Positions 1 to 9,052 of a stretch of DNA of 64,000 bases are shown here, one piece after another. Origin of the DNA: Candidatus Methanosuratincola verstraetei. GTDB lineage: Archaea; Thermoproteota; Methanomethylicia; Methanomethylicales; Methanomethylicaceae. The first letter of the stretch is position 1. Every line of letters starts with the position of its first letter. The position numbers and the translations under genes were made by a program. The notes under the pieces are model-generated. The model was not told where the DNA came from. It made no database searches and worked only from the letters and a program-made list of their open reading frames with translations. The stretch lies in contig CP186953.1 of assembly GCA_049570475.1 (NCBI GenBank), positions 992,001-1,056,000 on the forward strand, in the 5' to 3' direction.

Positions 1-314
1 TATTCAGCCAATATCTCGCCAAAGGCACTGATGAAGTACCTGCACGCCTTGTCGAGCCCTTCCCTTCCGCGCTCGGAGAGTGAGTACCTTGTCTCCCTCC
101 CGGCCCTTTCCATTCGGACGAGCCCCCTCTTCCGCAGCTCCTTGAGCGCCGGGTATATTGTGCCTGGCGTCGGCCCCCTCCCTTTTCTCCGCGCGATCTC
201 CCTGCAGATCTCCTGGCCGTTCATCGGGCGCTTCGAGAGCAGCCATAGTATCTGGAACGAGAGCATGCCCCTCATGTCGCAGCAGAATGGCATCTCAGGA
301 CAACACTCGCTCAT
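1..314 (-). CDS. PadR-family winged-helix transcriptional regulator with N-terminal Cys-Cys pairs (runs off the left edge; not in the ORF track)
   Basis: Manual translation from ATG at 314: MSECCPEMPFCCDMRGMLSFQILWLLSKRPMNGQEICREIARRKGRGPTPGTIYPALKELRKRGLV...YSLSERGRE. It carries the PadR signature 'pGtiYPaLkeL..GLv' and is divergent from arsM. Confidence 0.85.
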   Translation of the reverse strand, partial: MSECCPEMPFCCDMRGMLSFQILWLLSKRPMNGQEICREIARRKGRGPTPGTIYPALKELRKRGLVRMERAGRETRYSLSERGREGLDKACRYFISAFGEILAE

Positions 315-370
315 AAAATTATATTGTACGCCCAATATATTTAATAGTTCCCTGAGACATTTGGTGCCTA

Positions 371-1141
371 ATGCTGGTGGCTGAAGTGCGAAGAGATGTT
401 AAGCATCTTGTCAAGAAGAGGTACGCCAAGATAGCGGCCTCCGGGGGTTCCTGCTGCCCTTCGTGCGGCTGCGGAGGCGGCAATACGAGCGTGCATATTG
501 GGGGGTACTCTGAAGGCGATCTGGCAAAGGCACCTCCAGAATCAAGGATGGGGCTTGGGTGCGGCAACCCAGTCTCCTACGCGGATATCAAGCCAGGCGA
601 GGCGGTACTGGATCTAGGGTCCGGCGGCGGAATGGACGTTTTCTTGGCAGCGCAAAAAGCAGGCCCGGATGGGCGGGTCATAGGCATTGACATGACCGAT
701 GAGATGCTGGATCGGGCAAGAGGGGCTGCAGTAAGGCACGGGTTCAATAATGTTGAATTCAGGAAGGGGGAGATCGAGGTTGTCCCCCTCGAGGATTCGT
801 CGGTCGATGTCGTCATCAGCAACTGCGTGATCAACCTCTCGACGGACAAGGCTCGCGTCTTCAGGGAGATCAAAAGGATCCTGAAGCCAGGGGGCAGGAT
901 GGTGGTTTCCGACGTCGTCACAAACGGGGGTCTGCCCGAGCACGTCAAGAGCAACCCTGAAGCCTGGGCTGCCTGCGTCGCTGGAGCGCTTGATAAAGAC
1001 GAATACCTTCGTTTAATAAATGAATCAGGTTTGGAATGCGCAAGAATTCTTGCTGAATCAGGATACTCGGAGGGATTGCCCGAAGAGATCGCTGGAAAGC
1101 TCAGCAGCATAACTGTTTATGCTGAGAAACCGAGAGCCTGA
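371..1141 (+). CDS. arsM: Arsenite S-adenosylmethionine methyltransferase
   Basis: SCC, GLGCGNP, VLDLGSGGGMD (SAM motif I), SNCVINL and WAACVAGA: the conserved ArsM cysteines are present. Confidence 0.9.
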   Translation: MLVAEVRRDVKHLVKKRYAKIAASGGSCCPSCGCGGGNTSVHIGGYSEGDLAKAPPESRMGLGCGNPVSYADIKPGEAVLDLGSGGGMDVFLAAQKAGPDGRVIGIDMTDEMLDRARGAAVRHGFNNVEFRKGEIEVVPLEDSSVDVVISNCVINLSTDKARVFREIKRILKPGGRMVVSDVVTNGGLPEHVKSNPEAWAACVAGALDKDEYLRLINESGLECARILAESGYSEGLPEEIAGKLSSITVYAEKPRA

Positions 1142-1207
1142 TCTGAGCACATCACGCCCCCTTCTCTCCTCCCCTCTTTTCTTCCAGTTTTTTACGGAGA
1201 GGTCTGC

Positions 1208-1232
1208 GAAAGCTCCGATGCTTTAGCGGGAG
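1208..1232. repeat. Solo IS200/IS605 end-like hairpin
   Basis: GAAAGCTCCGATGCTTTAGCGGGAG shares GAAAGCTCCGA with the left end at 10491 and CTCCGA-GCTTTAGCG with the right end at 10831. Confidence 0.4.
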
Positions 1233-1361
1233 AAGCGCGAGTCAGCCCCCAGGTCACGGCACATGCGGAAAAGCAACTTATTTTGCGAGAAACATTTAAA
1301 CGGAGGATGGTTCAAGCGACTAATGACGTAGGAGGATGTGCTTTGGGGGGCGAAACATCCG

Positions 1362-3953
1362 ATGGCGAATCAAGCAAACACGATAGAATTGACATGCATG
1401 CCGCCCTCCATAAAGACAGAAGAGCTTGCATCCCTCCCTCTCGAAGAGGTCTTTTCAAGACTGCGTACGGACGAATCAGGTCTCACTTCTAAAGAGGCCA
1501 AGTCAAGGCTGCAGGTCTGCGGAAGGAACGAGATTGCAAGGAGGAAGAAGCGATCTGCGGTTGCAGATTTTCTGCTTCACTTCAAGAGCCCGCTTCTGGT
1601 GATCCTGATTTTCGCCGCAATCCTCTCAGGCATCCTCGGCGAGCTCATCAACACGGGCATAGTGTTCTCAATAGTCCTGATCAGCGTCATGCTGGACTAC
1701 TTCCAGGAAGCGAAGGCTGAGAGGGCAGCCCAGCTGCTGAAGGAGAAAGTGAGCACGACCGCCACGGTGCTAAGGGACTTGAAGAAGCAGGAAGTTGGTC
1801 TTGCCGAGATAGTCCCTGGCGATGTGATCTACCTCTCGGCTGGGGACATCGTGCCCGCGGACGCGAGGTTAATCGCCGCCAAGGATCTCTTCGTAAACCA
1901 GTCTGCGCTGACAGGTGAGTCGATCCCAGTCGAGAAGATGCCCGTAGATGCGATCTCGAAGGGTGCCCCGATGGAGGAGTGGCGGAACCTGCTTTTCATG
2001 GGTACCTCAGTGGTAAGCGGAACTGGCAAGGCTGTCGTGGTCAGGACCGGCGCCAACACCGAGTTTGGGAAGATAGCGAGGAAGCTCGTAGGAAGGGCAC
2101 CCGAGACCGACTTCGAGAGGGGCCTGAAGGGATTCGGTTATATGATCATGCAGGTCACCTTCGTGCTCGTGATCTTCGTATTCTTTGTCAACGCACTCTT
2201 CAAGCGCGACCTACTCGAGTCGCTGCTCTTCTCAGTCGCGTTAGCCGTCGGCCTCACGCCTGAGCTGCTACCGATGATACTGTCGATCAACCTCTCGAAC
2301 GGCGCTCTTGCGATGTCTAAGAAGGGGGTCATTGTGAAGCGCCTTTCGTCCATCCAGAACTTCGGGACGATGGACGTGCTGTGCACCGACAAGACCGGGA
2401 CGCTCACGGAGAATAAGATCAAGCTGGTGCTCCACGTCGATCTCGATGACAGGGAGGATGAGAGGGTCCTGCTCTTCTCATACCTGAACAGCTATTTCCA
2501 GACCGGGCTCAAGAGCCCCCTTGACGAAGCGATCCTTGCATACAGGAACTTGGAGATATGCCGCTACAGCAAAGTGGACGAGGTCCCATTTGACTTCGTG
2601 AGGCGAAGGGTTTCCGTGGTCGTGGACTATGAGGATCAGCGCCTGATGGTGACCAAGGGAGCTCCCGAGTCTATCCTTGAGGTCTGCTCGTACTGCGAAT
2701 ACGAAGGCAGGACCGTAGACATGACCCCAGAACTGGCAGCGAGGGTTGAGGCTCAGTACAGGAGGCTTAGCGCCGAAGGCTTCAGGGTGCTCGCGGTTGC
2801 CTACAGCAAGCTGAAGGAGCGCAAGCCCTCCTATTCGATTGGCGACGAGGTCCACATGGTCTTCTTGGGCCTTGTTGCATTCCTAGATCCTCCGAAGGAG
2901 GATGCGCGAGAGTCGCTGAAGCTCCTCAAGGGCGCCGGGATAGAGCTGAAGATCCTGACCGGAGACAACGAGCTCGTGACCAAGAAGGTCTGCGACGATC
3001 TTGATTTTGAGATAAAAGGGCTCGTCCTGGGGAGCGAGATCGCCCAGATGCATGACGATGCCCTCTCCAGGGTAGTGGAGGAGGCTAACGTCTTCGCCAG
3101 GCTCACGCCTGCCCAGAAGGACAGGATCATAGCCGCGCTGAGGCAAAACGGGCACGTTGTCGGCTTCCTCGGCGACGGCATAAACGACGCCCCGTCCATG
3201 CGGACTGCGGACGTCGGGATATCTGTCGACAATGCGGTCGACGTAGCGAAGGAGGCCGCAGACATTATCCTCCTCAGGAAGAGCCTCACCGTGCTCGAGG
3301 AGGGTGTCATCGAGGGGAGGCAGACCTTCGGAAACACAATGAAGTACATAATGATGAACGTCAGCTCTAACTTCGGCAACATGTTCAGCGTCGCGGGGGC
3401 ATCGCTCTTCCTGCCCTTCCTGCCCATGCTCCCCACCCAGATACTGCTCAACAACCTCCTCTACGACTTCTCCCAGTTCACGATAACGACAGATCACGTC
3501 GACAGAGACTACCTCGAAAAGCCGAAGCGATGGGACATTTCTTTCATAAAGAGGTTCATGGTCGTTTTCGGGCCAATCAGCTCCCTCTTCGACTTTATAA
3601 CCTTCTTTGTTATGCTGTACGTCTTCAGTGCTGATGAGCCTCTGTTCCAGACTGCTTGGTTCACCGTATCCCTTTGCACCCAGACCATGATCGTATTCGC
3701 GATCAGGACGCGTGCAGTCCCATTCTTCAGGAGCCGCCCAAGCAGGACGCTTGCAGCAGGTAGCTTAGCCATCGTAGCAGCGGCGCTGCTCGTTCCTTTT
3801 TCCCCAATTGGCCCCCTCTTCTCGTTCGTAGTTCCCCCTGCAGGCTTCTACGTCTTTCTGGCTCTGGTACTTGGTGCCTATTTCCTCATCACCGAGTCCG
3901 TTAAGAGATGGTTCTACAGGCGATACAACTTTGCCATGACCAGATCCAGATGA
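1362..3953 (+). CDS. mgtA: Mg2+-transporting P-type ATPase (type IIIB)
   Basis: LTGES, LTPELLPMI, DKTGTLT phosphorylation site, GDGINDAP, SSNFGNMFS and QILLNNLLYD are typical of MgtA/B. Confidence 0.9.
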   Translation: MANQANTIELTCMPPSIKTEELASLPLEEVFSRLRTDESGLTSKEAKSRLQVCGRNEIARRKKRSAVADFLLHFKSPLLVILIFAAILSGILGELINTGIVFSIVLISVMLDYFQEAKAERAAQLLKEKVSTTATVLRDLKKQEVGLAEIVPGDVIYLSAGDIVPADARLIAAKDLFVNQSALTGESIPVEKMPVDAISKGAPMEEWRNLLFMGTSVVSGTGKAVVVRTGANTEFGKIARKLVGRAPETDFERGLKGFGYMIMQVTFVLVIFVFFVNALFKRDLLESLLFSVALAVGLTPELLPMILSINLSNGALAMSKKGVIVKRLSSIQNFGTMDVLCTDKTGTLTENKIKLVLHVDLDDREDERVLLFSYLNSYFQTGLKSPLDEAILAYRNLEICRYSKVDEVPFDFVRRRVSVVVDYEDQRLMVTKGAPESILEVCSYCEYEGRTVDMTPELAARVEAQYRRLSAEGFRVLAVAYSKLKERKPSYSIGDEVHMVFLGLVAFLDPPKEDARESLKLLKGAGIELKILTGDNELVTKKVCDDLDFEIKGLVLGSEIAQMHDDALSRVVEEANVFARLTPAQKDRIIAALRQNGHVVGFLGDGINDAPSMRTADVGISVDNAVDVAKEAADIILLRKSLTVLEEGVIEGRQTFGNTMKYIMMNVSSNFGNMFSVAGASLFLPFLPMLPTQILLNNLLYDFSQFTITTDHVDRDYLEKPKRWDISFIKRFMVVFGPISSLFDFITFFVMLYVFSADEPLFQTAWFTVSLCTQTMIVFAIRTRAVPFFRSRPSRTLAAGSLAIVAAALLVPFSPIGPLFSFVVPPAGFYVFLALVLGAYFLITESVKRWFYRRYNFAMTRSR

Positions 3954-4111
3954 ATGAAGGGCGCCCTGCATGAACCTCTCATGACTGCTTTATGGATTTC
4001 CTGCGCCAATGACCTAATCATGACCGGATCTGCGCCAAAAATCCCCAAATGTTGCCATCGGGAACGTTAAAATATATTCTCACTGATATAATGATCTGGT
4101 GCATTTATTCT

Positions 4112-4543
4112 ATGAAAGTGCCAGAGAACATACGCGAAGCCTTTTCCAAGGCGCTCAAGTACAGGCGGGCGGTAGTTGGGACAGCCTCGAAAGGCGGCAT
4201 ACCGAATGCAGTACCCATAGGCGTCGGCAGGTTCATCGACGGCGAGACACTCTGCCTTGTGGACAACTACTTCCTCAAGACAAGGAAGAATCTCGAGGAG
4301 AATCCTTATGCGGCCGTGACATTCTGGGTATCCGAGGAAAAGGAAGGCAAGATAGTCACCAACGAGGGCTACCAGCTGAAGGGAAGGGTCGAGATCCAGA
4401 CCAGCGGCGAACTTTACGAGAAGATCAAAGCAGAGACCAAGGCGATAAGGGCAGACTTCCCGGTGAAAGCAATCGCCCTCTTGAGGGTAGACGAGATCTA
4501 CGACGTAAAGGCCGGCCCAACCGCAGGTAGAAGAATCATATAA
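4112..4543 (+). CDS. Pyridoxamine 5'-phosphate oxidase-like FMN-binding protein
   Basis: GTASKGGIPNAVP, DNYFLKTRKNLEENP and GYQLKG motifs. Confidence 0.75.
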   Translation: MKVPENIREAFSKALKYRRAVVGTASKGGIPNAVPIGVGRFIDGETLCLVDNYFLKTRKNLEENPYAAVTFWVSEEKEGKIVTNEGYQLKGRVEIQTSGELYEKIKAETKAIRADFPVKAIALLRVDEIYDVKAGPTAGRRII

Positions 4544-4564
4544 GTTGCAAGAGGGCTCCCATCA

Positions 4565-4939
4565 ATGCCTCCCCCATTTTCTGACCCCCAGAGCTTTTCC
4601 GGAAGGACAGGACACAGGTTCAATCACATAATAAAGAGCCTTCCTGACGATCCTTCGCAGGGGCTGACGATTGAGGAACTCCTCCTTAAACTGAGGGCTA
4701 CCGGGTACAGGGGAGGCATCGAAGGTCTAAGGGTGGATCTACAGGAGCTTATAAGGCGGGGCGAGGTTGGGCAGTCCGAACAGGAAGGGAAGAATGTTTA
4801 CTGGTGCCTCCCCCGGGGGAGGTTGGAGCTCAGGAAGAGGTCTGCCCTGATCAGGCTACACAACATGGAGCTCGGCGAGGACGAGATCAGAAAGCTAGAG
4901 GAGATCGTCGAGAAGCGCGGATCGAAGAATCAGGCATAG
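4565..4939 (+). CDS. Hypothetical protein, possible winged-helix
   Basis: 'LTIEELL..L......L..DLQELIRRGEV......YW' resembles a wHTH; codon usage is genic. Confidence 0.45.
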   Translation: MPPPFSDPQSFSGRTGHRFNHIIKSLPDDPSQGLTIEELLLKLRATGYRGGIEGLRVDLQELIRRGEVGQSEQEGKNVYWCLPRGRLELRKRSALIRLHNMELGEDEIRKLEEIVEKRGSKNQA

Positions 4940-4993
4940 CAAAACTTATTTGCCAATCCTTGTTATGCCTCAAATCACGTGAGGTTAATTGAA

Positions 4994-5176
4994 ATGGTGT
5001 CCGTAAAAGTCGATCCGGAAAAGTGCAACGGCGATGCGATCTGCATCTCTATCTGCCCTGTGAGCGTCTTCGAGCTCAACAACAACAAGGCCGTTCCTGT
5101 AAGGGAGCAGGACTGCATCCTCTGCATGGCATGCGTTGCGCAGTGTCCCACCCAGGCGATTGAGGTAAAAGAGTAG
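4994..5176 (+). CDS. Dicluster ferredoxin, one cluster with a CxxD variant
   Basis: CNGDAICISICP and CILCMACVAQCP motifs. Confidence 0.9.
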   Translation: MVSVKVDPEKCNGDAICISICPVSVFELNNNKAVPVREQDCILCMACVAQCPTQAIEVKE

Positions 5177-5209
5177 AGTGACAATCACTCACCCCTCTTA
5201 TCTTTTCCA

Positions 5210-5944
5210 TCACTTTTTGGTATCTGATTGTCTACCTTCCTCACTGCCCTTCTCTTTTCTTTTCTTTTTTCCTCTTCTCTCTCGCTTTGTGCCCTCGCTC
5301 CTTCCCAATCCCACCTTGTAATATTCGCAGAATCCTGTAAGCGGGCAGATCCAGCACCTCGGCCCGATTGGCTTGCAGATCTTCTTCCCGAACATCACGA
5401 ATGTGTCATTGACCTCAGCCCAAGTTCTCTTGGGGAAAATCCCCATCAGCTCGCCCTCCGTTTCTTCGGGGGTCCTCGTTGCGACCAGCCCAATCCGGTT
5501 CGCAATCCTGTGGACATGGGTATCGACAGGTATGGCCTCTAACCCGAAGCCGTAGACCAGGACGCAGTTTGCAGTCTTCCTGCCGACCGATGGGAGCTCA
5601 AGTAACCCTTCGAGATCCCTCGGGACTTCCCCGCCGTGCTTTTCGGTTATCTCCCTAGCGATCTTGATGATGGCCCGGGCCTTGTTCCTGTAGAAGCCGA
5701 CCCCGCGTATTAGATCCGCAACCTCGCTCTCTGCAGCGGCGGCGAGTTCCTGCGGCGTCCTGAACCGTTCGAAAAGCCTCATTGCCGCCTCAGACGTCCT
5801 CTCGTCCCTTGTCCTGTGGGAGAGGACAGTGGCTATGAGGACCGCAAACGGGTCCTTTAGCCTGTCCTCCACCGCCGCCAGGGCTGTCTCCCCCTTGCCC
5901 CCAAGCGCAGCCTTCATTGCGCGCAGGATGTCAACTGGATCCAA
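5210..5944 (-). CDS. nth: Endonuclease III (HhH-GPD glycosylase with 4Fe-4S cluster)
   Basis: LPSVGRKTA HhH, VDTHVHRIANR and the C-x6-C-x2-C-x5-C cluster motif; basic C-terminal tail. Confidence 0.9.
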   Translation of the reverse strand: MDPVDILRAMKAALGGKGETALAAVEDRLKDPFAVLIATVLSHRTRDERTSEAAMRLFERFRTPQELAAAAESEVADLIRGVGFYRNKARAIIKIAREITEKHGGEVPRDLEGLLELPSVGRKTANCVLVYGFGLEAIPVDTHVHRIANRIGLVATRTPEETEGELMGIFPKRTWAEVNDTFVMFGKKICKPIGPRCWICPLTGFCEYYKVGLGRSEGTKRERRGKKKRKEKGSEEGRQSDTKK

Positions 5945-6001
5945 TCTACCACCAGCAGCTTTAATATCCCTCTTAAGTCAGCTATAAATAGTGAATCTGC
6001 G

Positions 6002-6637
6002 ATGCCAGACAGCATTTCCGATAAATGGCAGAGACAGGAGAAGGAGTCTGCAGCAGAGAAGGTAAAGGAGCAGATATTGCCGCAGCCCCCGATGAGTGAA
6101 CGCCTCAACCTGGCAAAGAGGAAGCTCCAGGAGCAGATCCAGCACCTCGACAGGGTCTCGCAGAGGCTGAGCGCCAAGGACAAGGACCTCTACGAGAGGA
6201 TGGTGAAGGCATACGGAGAGCACGACACCCAGCGGGCCCAGCTGATAGCGAACGAGCTTGCAGAGCTGAGGAAGATCGAGCAGAAGACCCAGTACGGGAA
6301 GTACGCCCTAGAGAGGGCATACACGCGCATCGAGATGGCCAAGGACTTCGGCGACATGGTGGCAGCGCTAGTGCCTGTCGGGCAGGTCGTGAAGAGCGTA
6401 AAGGGTACGCTAGGCGAATTCCTTCCCTCCTCAGAGACCGCCTTGAACGAGCTCTCCGGGATAATGAACGACACGCTGGTGTCTTTCTCGAACATAACCG
6501 GCGAGTCGCTTATAGCCGGGCCTATCAGCGAGGACGCTGATAAGATACTGAAGGAGGCTGCCGCCGTCGCGGAGAGCAGGCTCAAGGACAAGCTGCCGGG
6601 CGCGGGGACGGACCTTCCGCTGACCGACAGCCAGTAA
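6002..6637 (+). CDS. Snf7/ESCRT-III (CdvB paralogue)
   Basis: Coiled-coil core with 'RAQLIANELAELRK', 'ALE...RIE...DFGD' and C-terminal 'EDADKILKEAAAVAE...KLP', typical of crenarchaeal CdvB1/B2. Confidence 0.85.
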   Translation: MPDSISDKWQRQEKESAAEKVKEQILPQPPMSERLNLAKRKLQEQIQHLDRVSQRLSAKDKDLYERMVKAYGEHDTQRAQLIANELAELRKIEQKTQYGKYALERAYTRIEMAKDFGDMVAALVPVGQVVKSVKGTLGEFLPSSETALNELSGIMNDTLVSFSNITGESLIAGPISEDADKILKEAAAVAESRLKDKLPGAGTDLPLTDSQ

Positions 6638-6680
6638 ATCCCCAGTTTTTTCTGCAGCGCTCATTCTTTCTTGTTCAAAT

Positions 6681-7547
6681 CTAAGTGGTCACGATAGATT
6701 CCCTATCCGTCGTGATCACCGTGTGCTCGGCCTGGGCTATCGGCATCCCGGATGCCTCGACCAGAACCGGGTACTCGTAGAGGGCCTTCTCAGCTAGCAG
6801 CCCCCTCACGCCTTCTCCTATGCTGGCGACCCACCTCCTCGCGAAAGGCAGCGTCCTGAACCTCCTGTATATCTCGTCGTATGCCCCCCTCTGCGGCTCA
6901 GACTTAGGGCGCTTGAGCTTCATAAGGTGGAGGATGTTCCCAGGCTCCCTCTCAATCACCTCGCCTTCTGCCCTTGGGAGCGTGGCGAACGGCTCGATCG
7001 CATAGACCGACCAAGGCTGGAACTTGCCTGTCGTCTCGGCGCCGGAAACGTTCGGTATGCTCAGACCGCTGTGGATCGTGTACTGCTCTATCTGGTGCCC
7101 GGTCAGGTTCCTTATCGGCTTGTAGCCCATCGACCTTATTGTCTTCTCGACGATAGGGCCAACCTCACCTATCTTCCCGCCGACCCTCACCGCCTGCACC
7201 CCCCTCTCCAGTGCGATCTCGACAGCCCTTACCATGTCCTCGTACTCTGATCCGACCGAGACGGTCACCGCGGTGTCCGCTATGAAGCCGTCTATGTGTA
7301 CGCCGAGGTCAACCTTGACCAGCGCCCCATCCGGGACGACTGTCGCGTCTGAGGGAGGGGACGTGTAGTGAGCTCCCACCTCGTTTATGCTGACGTTGCA
7401 CGGGAAAGCTGGTTTCCCGCCCATCCTGGCTATCTCTGACTCGACCCATTCGCATATCCCTAACACACTGGCCCCCTGGACCACCATCCGCGGGACGGCC
7501 TGCCTCACAGTCCTTGCTATCCTCCCGGCAAGCAGCAGCTTATCCAT
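6681..7547 (-). CDS. map: Type II methionine aminopeptidase
   Basis: AFPCNVSINEVGAHY, KVDLGVHIDGFIADTA, NLTGH, AIEPF and AQAEHT. Start is ATG 7547 or TTG 7565. Confidence 0.92.
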   Translation of the reverse strand: MDKLLLAGRIARTVRQAVPRMVVQGASVLGICEWVESEIARMGGKPAFPCNVSINEVGAHYTSPPSDATVVPDGALVKVDLGVHIDGFIADTAVTVSVGSEYEDMVRAVEIALERGVQAVRVGGKIGEVGPIVEKTIRSMGYKPIRNLTGHQIEQYTIHSGLSIPNVSGAETTGKFQPWSVYAIEPFATLPRAEGEVIEREPGNILHLMKLKRPKSEPQRGAYDEIYRRFRTLPFARRWVASIGEGVRGLLAEKALYEYPVLVEASGMPIAQAEHTVITTDRESIVTT

Positions 7548-7744
7548 GTCCTCCTCATTGAACAAAATTAACCACGACTCCCGTTGGCGCAAATGGCGCG
7601 AGACGAAACCTCTATCACATAGGGGACAAAAAAGGATATCCTTCAAGAACCCCGTCGATGAATAGGTCCGGGGATGGGGAAGGGCACTCGCTTGTGCCGT
7701 TAGAGTTAAAAACACCGCGTACCCAAGAGGTAAGAGTGGTTCTT

Positions 7745-8272
7745 ATGTGCGTGCTAGGCAGAGATCGCCTCATAGAATTGAACAAGAAGTACCGGATCCT
7801 CGATCCATTCGTCGAGTCCCAGCTTGACGGCGACGGGTACATACTCACGGTCGGGGAGGACACGACCCTCCAGTACCTGGAGCACCAGAATGTCATATCG
7901 AAGGAGATCGTGTTCACCCCCCCTGACTGCGTCGCGTACCTAACCGCGAAGAGCAGGTACGGTAGGATGGGGCTCTCATTCCTAAACGCCGCGAAGGTCC
8001 ACAGCGGCTTCGTGGGGAGGCTCGCCCTCGAGATAGTGAACCTGAGCAACGACCGGAGGCCCATCACCATAAAGGCTGGGGACCACTTCATGCACATCGA
8101 GTTCATCAGGAGGGAGGGCGCCCCCTCTCCGTACGTGGGCGAGTACCAGTTCCAGTACATGAATGAGGATGAGATAAAGTCTTACCTCCCAGTCCTGAAG
8201 CAGGTCTTCCCCAACTTCGACGAGCTCTCGAAGATCTGGCTGAGGAAGAAGCTCAACCACGGAAACTACTGA
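7745..8272 (+). CDS. Divergent dCTP deaminase/trimeric dUTPase-family protein
   Basis: KSRYGRMG, VHSGFVGRLALEIVN and YVGEYQFQ resemble the Dcd motifs RSSxxRxG, DPGFxGxxxLE and YxGKYQ. Confidence 0.7.
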   Translation: MCVLGRDRLIELNKKYRILDPFVESQLDGDGYILTVGEDTTLQYLEHQNVISKEIVFTPPDCVAYLTAKSRYGRMGLSFLNAAKVHSGFVGRLALEIVNLSNDRRPITIKAGDHFMHIEFIRREGAPSPYVGEYQFQYMNEDEIKSYLPVLKQVFPNFDELSKIWLRKKLNHGNY

Positions 8273-8302
8273 ACTCAATTGAACCCTTTTTCGGCTCTTG
8301 CT

Positions 8303-8821
8303 TCAGAGCCTAATTTTTTTGGCTACTGTCAGTGCAACACCCGCCTTGAGGAAGTCGCCAGGAAGGAAGGGTATGACGCCCGCCCATAGCGCAGCCGAGA
8401 AATTCCAGCCCATCCACCCCGCGAGCCAGACCCAACCCAGCAGGAAGACTATCGCCATGCATATGCCAATCGCTGCAACCTCAGCGAACCTCCTGCCACC
8501 AGAATTGCTCAGCATCAATCCGGAAACCAGCGATGCCAGCAGGAAGCCGAGGAGGAATCCGCCCGTAGGTCCGATCAGCACGGAATACCCCGCCATCCCC
8601 CTCGCAAATACTGGAAGCCCGGCTGCCCCCATCGCCAGGTATATGCCTTGGCTGAGCGGGGCCCTCTCCTTCAGGATCAGCACGCAAAGGTAAAGGAAGA
8701 GCGTCTGCAGGCTGAGGGGGACAGGGTAGAATGGTATGGAGATTAGTGCGCCTACTGCAGTCAGCGCCGCGAATACGGCTGCCAAGGAGAGCTGTTTTGC
8801 GCGCGGCATGCTTCTTTTCAT
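8303..8821 (-). CDS. bioY: Biotin transporter BioY (ECF S-component)
   Basis: PVPLSLQT, GLPVFA, GPTGGFLLGF and PFLPGDFLK motifs. Confidence 0.92.
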   Translation of the reverse strand: MKRSMPRAKQLSLAAVFAALTAVGALISIPFYPVPLSLQTLFLYLCVLILKERAPLSQGIYLAMGAAGLPVFARGMAGYSVLIGPTGGFLLGFLLASLVSGLMLSNSGGRRFAEVAAIGICMAIVFLLGWVWLAGWMGWNFSAALWAGVIPFLPGDFLKAGVALTVAKKIRL

Positions 8822-8863
8822 ATTTGGTCACTCTCGGTATTGAATGACTAAACCAGCGATTTT

Positions 8864-8893
8864 TGTAAACCGTATTTATGTTTTTAGTTTACA
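8864..8893. promoter_or_regulatory. BirA-type biotin operator upstream of bioY
   Basis: Perfect inverted repeat TGTAAAC-N16-GTTTACA matching the BirA box. Its spacer contains a minus-strand BRE/TATA-like AAAAACATAAATA. Confidence 0.75.
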
Positions 8894-9052
8894 TTCGCTA
8901 AAGAATATTTAATGCGCCCAGAAGGTAAATGCAATGCGGATGCGAGTTATACACTCCACAAAACTCAGTCGGCAGTTTCTGACCTCGACATCAGACTGTT
9001 AAACAATTACGCTTAAAATACCCTGCGGCTAAATATAACTAGGTGAATCTAT

